Sequence record: OZ035850 | DNA: 64,000 nt | Source of the DNA: Escherichia phage vB_Eco_TB37 | Reading direction: 5' to 3' (one strand) | Shown here: piece by piece, positions 56,024-64,000 of the stretch | How the letters are laid out: each line of letters opens with the position of its first letter | How positions within the stretch are numbered: the first letter of the stretch is position 1 | The notes under the pieces: generated by a model | Databases searched by the model: none | What the model was told of the DNA's origin: nothing | What the model saw: only the letters and a program-made list of their open reading frames with translations | Program-made: the position numbers and the translations under genes

Positions 56024-56686
56024 ATGGCTGATTTAAAAGTAGGTTCAACAACCGGAGGCTCTGTCATTTGGCATCAAGGAAATTTTCCATTGAATCCAGC
56101 CGGTGACGATGTACTCTATAAATCATTTAAACTATATTCAGAATATAATAAACCACAAGCTGCTGATAACGATTTCGTTTCTAAAGCTAATGGTGGTACT
56201 TACGCCGCGACTGTTCGATTTAATGGAGGAGTACATGTTCCTACTATAGGTAGTAGTCAACAGTGCGGTGTTTATCCAGGTAACGGTGATGCAGCTACTT
56301 TTGCTATGGCAAATATTGACATCGTTTCGTGGAATGGTATTGGTTTTAAATCATCACAAGGTTCAGCAGACCGAACTGTTGTAATTAATGCACGTAATGG
56401 TGATATTAGTACAAAAGGCGTTGTGACAGCAGTAGGTCAAATAAGAAGTAATGCAGTTGCTCCTATAGCAGTGAATGACCTTACTAGAAAGGACTATGTT
56501 GATGGAGCAATAAATACTGTTACAGCAAATGCGAACTCTAGAGTGTTACGATCTGGCGACACTATGACGGGTAACTTAACCGCACCAAACTTTTTCTCGC
56601 AGAATCCCGCATCTCAACCTTCACATGTTCCACGATTTGACCAAATCGTAATTAAGGATTCTGTTCAAGATTTCGGCTATTATTAA
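56024..56686 (+). CDS. 36: Long tail fibre connector gp36
   Basis: 220 aa, TATAAATA upstream. Confidence 0.88.
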   Translation: MADLKVGSTTGGSVIWHQGNFPLNPAGDDVLYKSFKLYSEYNKPQAADNDFVSKANGGTYAATVRFNGGVHVPTIGSSQQCGVYPGNGDAATFAMANIDIVSWNGIGFKSSQGSADRTVVINARNGDISTKGVVTAVGQIRSNAVAPIAVNDLTRKDYVDGAINTVTANANSRVLRSGDTMTGNLTAPNFFSQNPASQPSHVPRFDQIVIKDSVQDFGYY

Positions 56687-56694
56687 GAGGACTT

Positions 56695-59600
56695 ATGGCT
56701 ACTTTAAAACAAATACAATTTAAAAGAAGCAAAACCGCAGGTGCACGTCCTGCTGCTTCAGTATTAGCCGAAGGTGAATTGGCTATAAACTTAAAAGATA
56801 GAACAATTTTTACTAAAGATGATTCAGGAAATATCATCGATCTAGGTATTGCTAAAGGCGGTCAAATTGATGGAAATGTAACTATCAATGGTCTTTTGAG
56901 GTTAAACGGTGATTATGTACAAACAGGTGGAATGACCGTAAATGGACCTATTGGTTCTACTAATGGCGTAACTGCAAAAGTTTTCAGATCTACACAGGGT
57001 TCATTTTATGCAAGAGCAACAAACGATACTGCAAATGCCCATCTTTGGTTTGAAAATACAAATGGCTCAGAACGTGGCGTTTTATATTCAAAACCGCAGT
57101 CTGAAAATGAAGGCGTAATTACAATGCGTGTTCGTCAAGGAACCGCTGCGGGAGCTCAAAATTCAGAATTTCATTTCATTTCTACTGATGGTGGTATCTT
57201 CCAGGCACGCAAATTAACTGCTTTAACTTCTATTAGTACACCAACTATTAGTGTTAATTTAATTAATCATGATTCTAAAGCCTTTGGACAATACGATTCA
57301 CAATCATTGGTTCAGTATGTTTATCCTGGAACTGGTGAAACAAATGGTGTAAACTATCTTCGTAAAGTTCGATCTAAGTCAGGCGGAACTATTTACCATG
57401 AAATTTGTACAGCTCAGACTGGACTGGCAGATGAAATGTCATGGTGGACTGGTAATACACCGTTATTTAAACTATATGGTATTCGTAACGACGGTAGAAT
57501 GATTATTCGCAATAGCTTGGCCATTGGTACTGTGACGCAAGGGTTTCCGTCAAGCGATTATGGAAATGCTGGGGCACTAGGAAATATATTTCTTGCTTTA
57601 GGCGATAATGGAACTGGTCTAGTTTATAGAAAAACTGGTGTATTTGATTTCGTTGGTTCTGGTTTATCTTTGGCATCTATCACACCTGATAGTTTCCGTA
57701 GTACTCGTAAAGCAATATTTGGACGCTCAGAAGACCAAGGTACAACATGGATTATGCCTGGAACGAACGCTGCATTTTTGTCAGTTCAAACCCAAGCTGA
57801 TGAAAACACTGCTGGAGACGGTCAGACACATATTGGCTATAACTCAGGCGGAAAAATGAACCACTATTTCCGTGGTAAAGGCAAAACCAATATTAATACC
57901 CAAGAAGGCATGGAAGTTAACCCTGGTATTTTGAAATTGGTAACTGGCTCTAATAACGTACAGTTTTATGCTGACGGAACAGTATCTTCAATACAAAGAA
58001 TTAAATTTGATAACGGATTAGTTCTTACTGGTGCTAGACCCGACGGTATTCAACTTGACGCTCCTACAACAACAGATGGCACTAAAACTATATTGTGGGC
58101 CGGCGGTACTCGCCCAGGTCAGAATAAAAGTTATCTATCTATCAAAGCATGGGGTAATGCCTTTAATGCATCTGGCGATCGTGCTCGTGAAACAGTTTTT
58201 GAAGTATCAGATGGACAAGGTTACCATTTTTATTCTCAACGAGTTGCTCCCGGATCAGGTTCTACCGTCGGACCTATTCAATTTCGAGTTAATGGTGGTT
58301 TATTAACTTCTGGTGGTATTACATCATCTGGTTCTATTGTTACTGAATCAAGTTTAGTTGCAAATAATGGATTATCTGTAAATGGTCAGGCTAAATTCGG
58401 TGGAACGGCAGATGCATTAAGAATTTGGAATGCCGAATACGGTGCTATTTTCCGTCGCTCAGAAACAGCATTGCATATTATCCCGACTCCTAAAGATGCT
58501 GGTGAAAGTGGTGGAATAAGTAATCTCCGCCCGTTAAGTATTAGTCTTAATAATGGTATGGTACAAATGCGCCATTCTGTTACGTTAGGCGATGATGGCG
58601 CTGGCGGTAATATGATTACTGTGGACAACGATAACAAACATGTTGTTGTTGCTAGTAATAGTCGTATTGCTCCTAATTTCAGAATGCAATTAGGACAATC
58701 ATCTTATATTGATGTAGAATGTACTGATAGAGTTCGCCCGGCTGGAACAGGTTCATTTGCTTCTCAGAATAATGAAAATGTCCGGGCGCCGTTGTATATG
58801 AATATAGAGCGTACTGCTACTTCTGAATACATTCCTATTATTAAACAACGTTATGTTCAAGGTAACGGTTGCTATTCATTGGGGACTTTAATTAATAATG
58901 GTAATTTCCGAGTTCATTATCATGAAGGCGGAGATAACGGTTCTTCAGGTCCACAGACTGCTGATTTTGGATGGGAATTTATTAAAAACGGTGATTTTAT
59001 TTCCCCTGGTAAATTAGGTGCTGGTGCGGTTCGTATTGGTACTGACGGTAATATCACGGGCGGTTCATTACCTAACTTTGCTAACTTGAACTTGACATTA
59101 GACCGTAAAGTCAATACCCGAATGGTTTCTTATTCAGGTACTGGTGGTTGGTATAAATTAGCCACTGTAACAATGCCACAATCCACTTCAACCGTCACAT
59201 TCGAAATTGCTGGTGGTAATGGCTATAATGTCAACACCCCACACCAATGCGTTACTTCGAAAATTGTTTTAAGAACTTCGAACAATAACCCGAAAGGTAT
59301 TAACGCTGTTGTTTGGTCGATGGATACCGGTCAGGGTATTAAGAATGTTGCAACGGTTAATACATCAGGCGATGTTTATGACATCTATGTAAACGTTGGT
59401 ACTTATGCTCAGGCGCTAGCAGTTTCTTATTATGCTACTCCTAATGCTACCATTAACCAGGTATTTGCAACGGACCAACCGGGTGCAACAGAAACTGCGG
59501 TTGAACTTCCTGAGACGGCTATTCAAGGACAGGTTGCTAGTGTTCTGAACAACTTGGCTCCTACCCCTAACGGTGTGAAGCGTTATGAAGCCGATTCTGA

Positions 59601-60555
59601 AATAGCTATTAATAGCCAAACCGGTATTCGTATCAGAAGCAATGGCGATAAAACTGGTTCTGTGGCTACAATGTTACGAAATGACGGCGGCAGTTTTTAT
59701 ATTCTGTTTACAGATAAAAATGCCACCGATGGCGCAGCAACTGTTAATGGTGATTGGAATAGTAAACGTCCTTTCGCAATTAACTTAACAACCGGCGAAG
59801 TGATGATGAATAATGGCATAGCTGTTCGCAGCGCTGCTTTATTCTATAATAGCATAAACGTCAAAGATAATGGTTCTATTAACTTTGATAAATCAGGCGC
59901 TAACCCGAGAAATATGAGAATATTTCATGCTGGTGATGCTTCTCGCGGTAACCGTATTGAAATTGCTGATGAAACTAACTATATTGCTTACTTTGAAAAA
60001 ACTCCAGGTGGAGCTAACCGCTTTGTAGTAAATAATGCTACTGTGGCTGGTGTTAATCAAATGAATTCATTTGGTATTAACATCAATAACGCACTTGGTG
60101 GAAACAGTATAGCATTTGGTGATAATGACACTGGCATTAAACAATCCGGTGACGGACTTCTTGATATCATTACTAACGCCGCACGACGAATGAGATTCCA
60201 GACGGGTGACACTTATTCTGACATGAATATAAATGCTCCAAACGTTTATATTCGTTCTGATATTCGTTTGAAATCTAATTTCAGACCTATTGAAAATGCT
60301 CTTGAAAAGGTTGAGCAGCTTGATGGTTTAATCTATGATAAATCTGACTATATAGGTGGTGAAATTGTTCAGACTGAAGCAGGTGTTATTGCTCAGAAAT
60401 TGAACGAAGTATTACCTGAAGCAGTTCGTGAAGTTGAAGATATTAAGGGTAATAAAATACTCACTATTTCTTCTCAATCCCAGATTGCTCTTCTAATTGA
60501 AGCTGTGAAAACACTTTCTGCTCGTGTAAAAGAACTTGAATCTAAACTTATGTAA
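56695..60555 (+). CDS. 37: Long tail fibre distal subunit gp37 with C-terminal intramolecular-chaperone-like domain
   Basis: 1286 aa; C-terminal about 100 aa with SDIRLK motif and coiled-coil tail. Confidence 0.9.
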   Translation: MATLKQIQFKRSKTAGARPAASVLAEGELAINLKDRTIFTKDDSGNIIDLGIAKGGQIDGNVTINGLLRLNGDYVQTGGMTVNGPIGSTNGVTAKVFRSTQGSFYARATNDTANAHLWFENTNGSERGVLYSKPQSENEGVITMRVRQGTAAGAQNSEFHFISTDGGIFQARKLTALTSISTPTISVNLINHDSKAFGQYDSQSLVQYVYPGTGETNGVNYLRKVRSKSGGTIYHEICTAQTGLADEMSWWTGNTPLFKLYGIRNDGRMIIRNSLAIGTVTQGFPSSDYGNAGALGNIFLALGDNGTGLVYRKTGVFDFVGSGLSLASITPDSFRSTRKAIFGRSEDQGTTWIMPGTNAAFLSVQTQADENTAGDGQTHIGYNSGGKMNHYFRGKGKTNINTQEGMEVNPGILKLVTGSNNVQFYADGTVSSIQRIKFDNGLVLTGARPDGIQLDAPTTTDGTKTILWAGGTRPGQNKSYLSIKAWGNAFNASGDRARETVFEVSDGQGYHFYSQRVAPGSGSTVGPIQFRVNGGLLTSGGITSSGSIVTESSLVANNGLSVNGQAKFGGTADALRIWNAEYGAIFRRSETALHIIPTPKDAGESGGISNLRPLSISLNNGMVQMRHSVTLGDDGAGGNMITVDNDNKHVVVASNSRIAPNFRMQLGQSSYIDVECTDRVRPAGTGSFASQNNENVRAPLYMNIERTATSEYIPIIKQRYVQGNGCYSLGTLINNGNFRVHYHEGGDNGSSGPQTADFGWEFIKNGDFISPGKLGAGAVRIGTDGNITGGSLPNFANLNLTLDRKVNTRMVSYSGTGGWYKLATVTMPQSTSTVTFEIAGGNGYNVNTPHQCVTSKIVLRTSNNNPKGINAVVWSMDTGQGIKNVATVNTSGDVYDIYVNVGTYAQALAVSYYATPNATINQVFATDQPGATETAVELPETAIQGQVASVLNNLAPTPNGVKRYEADSEIAINSQTGIRIRSNGDKTGSVATMLRNDGGSFYILFTDKNATDGAATVNGDWNSKRPFAINLTTGEVMMNNGIAVRSAALFYNSINVKDNGSINFDKSGANPRNMRIFHAGDASRGNRIEIADETNYIAYFEKTPGGANRFVVNNATVAGVNQMNSFGININNALGGNSIAFGDNDTGIKQSGDGLLDIITNAARRMRFQTGDTYSDMNINAPNVYIRSDIRLKSNFRPIENALEKVEQLDGLIYDKSDYIGGEIVQTEAGVIAQKLNEVLPEAVREVEDIKGNKILTISSQSQIALLIEAVKTLSARVKELESKLM

Positions 60556-60556
60556 A

Positions 60557-60574
60557 AGAGGGCTTCGGCCCTCT
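60557..60574 (+). other. Stable stem-loop (UUCG tetraloop) between genes 37 and 38
   Basis: AGAGGGC-TTCG-GCCCTCT, no T-tract. Confidence 0.5.
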
Positions 60575-60585
60575 AAGGATTTTTA

Positions 60586-61377
60586 ATGGCAATTGTAGGT
60601 GTTCCTGGCTGGATTGGCGAATCTGCCGTGAATGAAACTGGACAACGCTGGATGGATGCTGCGATGAAAGCTGTTCGTGTTTCAGTTCCCGGTTGGATGA
60701 GTTCAATGGCTGGACAATCTAAAGAAGTATATTATAGCGTTGGTGCTAGCAATTCTTACAATAAAGACACACTAATAAATTGGATAAAAGCCCAAGGCAG
60801 TACTCCTGTTGTTATTACTATTACAGGAAATATTGTTTCTCAATCTACTGGTGTTCCATGCTTAGATTTTCCTAGCTCATTAACTAATGCATATGTTACC
60901 TTAAATATTAATAGTGGGGTTCATGTATTAGGTCGGGGAGGAAATGGCGGAAGTAACTCTGCTGGCGGAGCAGGAGGAACTGCAATAAATAACGGAATTG
61001 GAACTCGTTTAAGAATAAACAATAATGGTATTATTGGTGGCGGCGGAGGTGGCGGCGCTGGTGCTAGATACCATCCTTTCCCTCAAATGGATATGATATT
61101 TGGTGGCGGCGGAGGTCGTCCATTTGGCGCAGCTGGCGCAGCAGGAGGTGGCGCAGCGGCAGCATCCGCTGGTACAATTTCTGCTCCTGGTAAAGGTACT
61201 GTTTCTGGGGTTCACTATGGAGGAAATGGTGGAGATTTGGGAGCTGCTGGCAAATCTTCATATATTCAAGGTGGTACTGGAGGAACTGTTCACTCGGGCG
61301 GTGCGGCTGGTAAAGCTGTTACCGGTAATGCTCCAACTTGGACTAAAGTTGGTACAATATATGGTTCAAGAGTATAA
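60586..61377 (+). CDS. 38: Receptor-recognizing adhesin gp38 (T2/T6 type, glycine-rich motifs)
   Basis: 263 aa, conserved N-terminus MAIVGVPGWIG, poly-Gly motifs separating variable segments, conserved C-terminus. Confidence 0.85.
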   Translation: MAIVGVPGWIGESAVNETGQRWMDAAMKAVRVSVPGWMSSMAGQSKEVYYSVGASNSYNKDTLINWIKAQGSTPVVITITGNIVSQSTGVPCLDFPSSLTNAYVTLNINSGVHVLGRGGNGGSNSAGGAGGTAINNGIGTRLRINNNGIIGGGGGGGAGARYHPFPQMDMIFGGGGGRPFGAAGAAGGGAAAASAGTISAPGKGTVSGVHYGGNGGDLGAAGKSSYIQGGTGGTVHSGGAAGKAVTGNAPTWTKVGTIYGSRV

Positions 61378-61409
61378 TTTTTGAATAAATATCCTTAAAA
61401 GGAGGGTCT

Positions 61410-62066
61410 ATGGCAGCACCTAGAATATCATTTTCGCCCTCTGATATTCTATTTGGTGTTCTAGATCGCTTGTTCAAAGATAACGCTACCGGGAAGGTTC
61501 TTGCCTCCCGGGTAGCTGTCGTAATTCTTTTATTTATGATGGCGATTGTTTGGTATAGGGGAGATAGTTTCTTTGAGTACTATAAGCAATCAAAGTATGA
61601 AACATACAGTGAAATTATTGAAAAGGAAAGAAATGCACGCTTTGAATCTGTCGCCCTGGAACAACTCCAGATAGTTCATATATCATCTGAGGCAGACTTT
61701 AGTGCGGTGTATTCTTTCCGCCCTAAAAACTTAAACTATTTTGTTGATATTATAGCATACGAAGGAAGATTACCTTCAACAATAACTGAAAAATCACTTG
61801 GAGGATATCCTGTTGATAAAACTATGGATGAATATACAGTTCATTTAAATGGACGTCATTATTATTCTGACTCAAAATTTGCTTTTTTACCAACTAAAAA
61901 GCCTACTCCCGAAATAAACTACATGTACAGTTGTCCATATTTTAATTTGGATAATATCTATGCTGGAACGATAACCATGTACTGGTATAGAAATGATCAT
62001 ATAAGTAATGACCGCCTTGAATCAATATGTGCTCAGGCGGCCAGAATATTAGGAAGGGCTAAATAA
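61410..62066 (+). CDS. t: Holin T
   Basis: 218 aa, single N-terminal TM segment with large periplasmic domain. Confidence 0.9.
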   Translation: MAAPRISFSPSDILFGVLDRLFKDNATGKVLASRVAVVILLFMMAIVWYRGDSFFEYYKQSKYETYSEIIEKERNARFESVALEQLQIVHISSEADFSAVYSFRPKNLNYFVDIIAYEGRLPSTITEKSLGGYPVDKTMDEYTVHLNGRHYYSDSKFAFLPTKKPTPEINYMYSCPYFNLDNIYAGTITMYWYRNDHISNDRLESICAQAARILGRAK

Positions 62067-62339
62067 TTATTTGTTCGTATACATCTCTAGATATCGATAT
62101 ACACCCTCAAAACCCTCGTTGAATTCGTCGATGAGGGTTTTCTTATCTTCTTGAGTTAATTCAGAAACAATTTTACGGAATGAATTCTGATTTAATTTTC
62201 TACCTTCATGCGTTACTCCAATCTCATTCAGAAATGCAATAAAATTAGCACGATTTTCAACAATATCTTCTCTGGAAAATTTAATCAAAATAGACGCAAC
62301 AGTAATAATTTCACGAACTGTATCAATGTTTTTATTCAT
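62067..62339 (-). CDS. asiA: Anti-sigma70 factor AsiA
   Basis: 90 aa, sequence as T4 AsiA, early promoter upstream. Confidence 0.9.
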   Translation of the reverse strand: MNKNIDTVREIITVASILIKFSREDIVENRANFIAFLNEIGVTHEGRKLNQNSFRKIVSELTQEDKKTLIDEFNEGFEGVYRYLEMYTNK

Positions 62340-62351
62340 TAACTATACCAC

Positions 62352-62504
62352 TCAATTAGTTGACTTTGTTATAATATCATCAGACGCTTGATTTGTAAAC
62401 TGGTCTGTGTTATTTTCTTCAAAAATTTTTTCTACGAATTCCTTGAACGACTTACGTTCCTGAGCTACATTATGCTCGATTACTTTTTCAAGATTATGAC
62501 TCAT
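62352..62504 (-). CDS. Small acidic ORF, 50 aa
   Basis: Hand-translated ORF MSHNLEKVIEHNV..., ATGA overlap with arn stop; spans the asiA promoter. Confidence 0.35.
   Translation of the reverse strand: MSHNLEKVIEHNVAQERKSFKEFVEKIFEENNTDQFTNQASDDIITKSTN
62371..62400 (-). promoter_or_regulatory. Early sigma70-type promoter (GTTTAC, 18 bp, TATTAT) upstream of asiA
   Basis: Hexamers on minus strand about 30 nt upstream of asiA ATG. Confidence 0.6.
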
Positions 62505-62779
62505 TCGAAATAATCTTCAATTTCATAATCATGGACGTAAATCATTATAGTTTTTAATACATCATCAATACTTTTTCCTGGAGCTGGAATTACGTAGAAA
62601 TATCCTGCTTTTGAGAGGTCTTTATAAGTTCCAATCAAGAAATCATTATTCTCAAGATGTAGTTCTTCAACTAATTCATTGACAATTGAGTGGTATAAAT
62701 TTGGTAGAAACTTATATAGCTTTTCTAGAATATCAATTTTGATTGTATATTGAACCACAGACTGAGAATCAATAATCAT
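62501..62779 (-). CDS. arn: Putative Arn anti-restriction (McrBC inhibitor) protein
   Basis: 92 aa, acidic, positioned beside asiA. Confidence 0.6.
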   Translation of the reverse strand: MIIDSQSVVQYTIKIDILEKLYKFLPNLYHSIVNELVEELHLENNDFLIGTYKDLSKAGYFYVIPAPGKSIDDVLKTIMIYVHDYEIEDYFE

Positions 62780-62862
62780 AGACCTTCCCCTTATGTTTCT
62801 GTTTGCGATTAGATTCTTTAAATGCTTTCTTCTTATCTTTATGAACAGAAGCTTTATTAAAA

Positions 62863-63081
62863 TTATGCTTTGCGACTAAATTGTTCATAGTGCTGAATTA
62901 CCTCTCTTAAACATTTGCATGTGAATGAAAACTTTTTAGCTACACCACATTCAAATATATGTTCTCTTAAATCGCGTGTATCGGTATATCCCATCTCAAC
63001 AATAAAATGCCGTATTAGATTTTTATCTTTATCATTGAGAGAATTAAAATAATCAGATTTTGAATTAATTTCCCTGGCCAA
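62863..63081 (-). CDS. Hypothetical protein, 72 aa
   Basis: ORF. Confidence 0.5.
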   Translation of the reverse strand: MAREINSKSDYFNSLNDKDKNLIRHFIVEMGYTDTRDLREHIFECGVAKKFSFTCKCLREVIQHYEQFSRKA

Positions 63082-63361
63082 ATTGAATCACCTTCAGTTG
63101 ACGTTTTAATTCTTTTATCATTTCTTCGTTCATCGCAATATAAAGATCACGTAAAGCGGGTTTTAACATTCCATTTACTGGAGAACTAAATGGACATACA
63201 TAATCTTTTCCTACGAGCTTTTTGGTGAATTCCATATTACAGAACTGAAATGCCGGTTCATTAGCATAAATTCCCCATTTAGTTGACATCATTTTATTGG
63301 CATATTCCAATGCATTAATTTGATTCGTAATTCCATCAATTTGAAACTTTTTAATATTCAT
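63065..63361 (-). CDS. Hypothetical protein, 98 aa
   Basis: ORF. Confidence 0.5.
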   Translation of the reverse strand: MNIKKFQIDGITNQINALEYANKMMSTKWGIYANEPAFQFCNMEFTKKLVGKDYVCPFSSPVNGMLKPALRDLYIAMNEEMIKELKRQLKVIQFGQGN

Positions 63362-63822
63362 TAGTAAAGGTCCTCAGAGTAAAGTTCTTTTTCATTACCA
63401 CCACGTTCAATACGTACTTGTCCAGCGTAAGTTGCAATAATCATTGCTTCTTCACGTGTCCAATAATTACTATATTGGTCAATAAACCCTTGGTCATCAT
63501 CACAAACTTGTTGAGTAACTAATTGAGGTTTAACTACATCTAAAACTTCTGCCATATCTTTAGAATAATGACGAGCACCTGGAATAATAAGAGTTCGTCC
63601 ATCTTTTAATTTAAAACGATTAGCTGCGCAGACAATTCGTCGTTGATACTTTTGGTTTTCATCCCAATACGCAGTCTGCCAACAAATTTCAGGAACTTCT
63701 TTCAGAATATCTTCTTCTGTGCATTTATAACCATGCGCTTTAAATTTTTCAACAAGACTTTCTGGAGTTTCACGAGATAAAGGAACATTCAGCATTTTTA
63801 AACGATTAATAAATGGGTTCAT
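63361..63822 (-). CDS. Hypothetical protein, 153 aa
   Basis: ORF with ATG start, ATGA overlap with upstream gene. Confidence 0.55.
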   Translation of the reverse strand: MNPFINRLKMLNVPLSRETPESLVEKFKAHGYKCTEEDILKEVPEICWQTAYWDENQKYQRRIVCAANRFKLKDGRTLIIPGARHYSKDMAEVLDVVKPQLVTQQVCDDDQGFIDQYSNYWTREEAMIIATYAGQVRIERGGNEKELYSEDLY

Positions 63823-64000
63823 TTAAACCATCCTTTAATACGTTGCCACAAAGTTTTCTGTTGAGCTTTGTTAACACCAATTGAACGAATAACCGGTTGA
63901 GATTCCTGGAATTCTTTATAATCAGCAAGGTAAATTTCGTAAGCTGCATCCGTAAATGAACTTATCGCTGCCATAAAATTATTGCGAATACCTACTGGAG
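63819..64000 (-). CDS. Partial ORF, 3' end only; gene continues beyond window
   Basis: Hand-translated open frame of 60 codons to window edge ending in TGA that overlaps the next ATG. Confidence 0.4.
   Translation of the reverse strand, partial: PVGIRNNFMAAISSFTDAAYEIYLADYKEFQESQPVIRSIGVNKAQQKTLWQRIKGWFK

Noticed and set aside
61009-61384. Three overlapping ORFs (68, 65 and 94 aa) within or antisense to gene 38
   Set aside because: Products of the GC-rich glycine codon repeats; the real gene is the gp38 adhesin.
61384-61391. AATAAATA upstream of holin t as a late promoter
   Set aside because: One mismatch to TATAAATA at the first position, so not called.

Overview
This window is a contiguous segment of a T-even (T4-like, Tequatrovirus-type) myovirus genome; gene calls rest on the supplied six-frame ORF track, protein length, motifs and T4 gene order, with no database search. 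Plus-strand late structural modules: tail sheath and tube (18 partial, 19), portal and head (20, 67, 68, 21, 22, 23, 24), baseplate hub and tape measure (51, 27, 28, 29, 48, 54), long tail fibre (34-37) with a T2/T6-type gp38 adhesin, and holin t. Minus-strand early/middle modules: rnlB, hoc, inh, uvsY, 25/26, the alt region, DNA ligase 30 and downstream small ORFs, rIII, 31, cd, pseT, a spanin pair, alc, rnlA, denA, nrdB, nrdA, td, frd, 32, 59, 33, dsbA, rnh, asiA, arn. No tRNA, CRISPR array, transposase, or intron/homing endonuclease was found. Several track ORFs begin at TTG/GTG; starts were moved to the in-frame ATG where an RBS or the T4 length supports it. Most notable: two tandem Alt-type ADP-ribosyltransferase genes, a NADAR-like and a HAD-like gene beside DNA ligase, a perfect 79-bp tandem duplication across the nrdA start, an extra ORF between frd and td, a family of early promoters with fixed 18-bp spacing, and a gp37 C-terminal chaperone-like domain paired with a gp38 adhesin.
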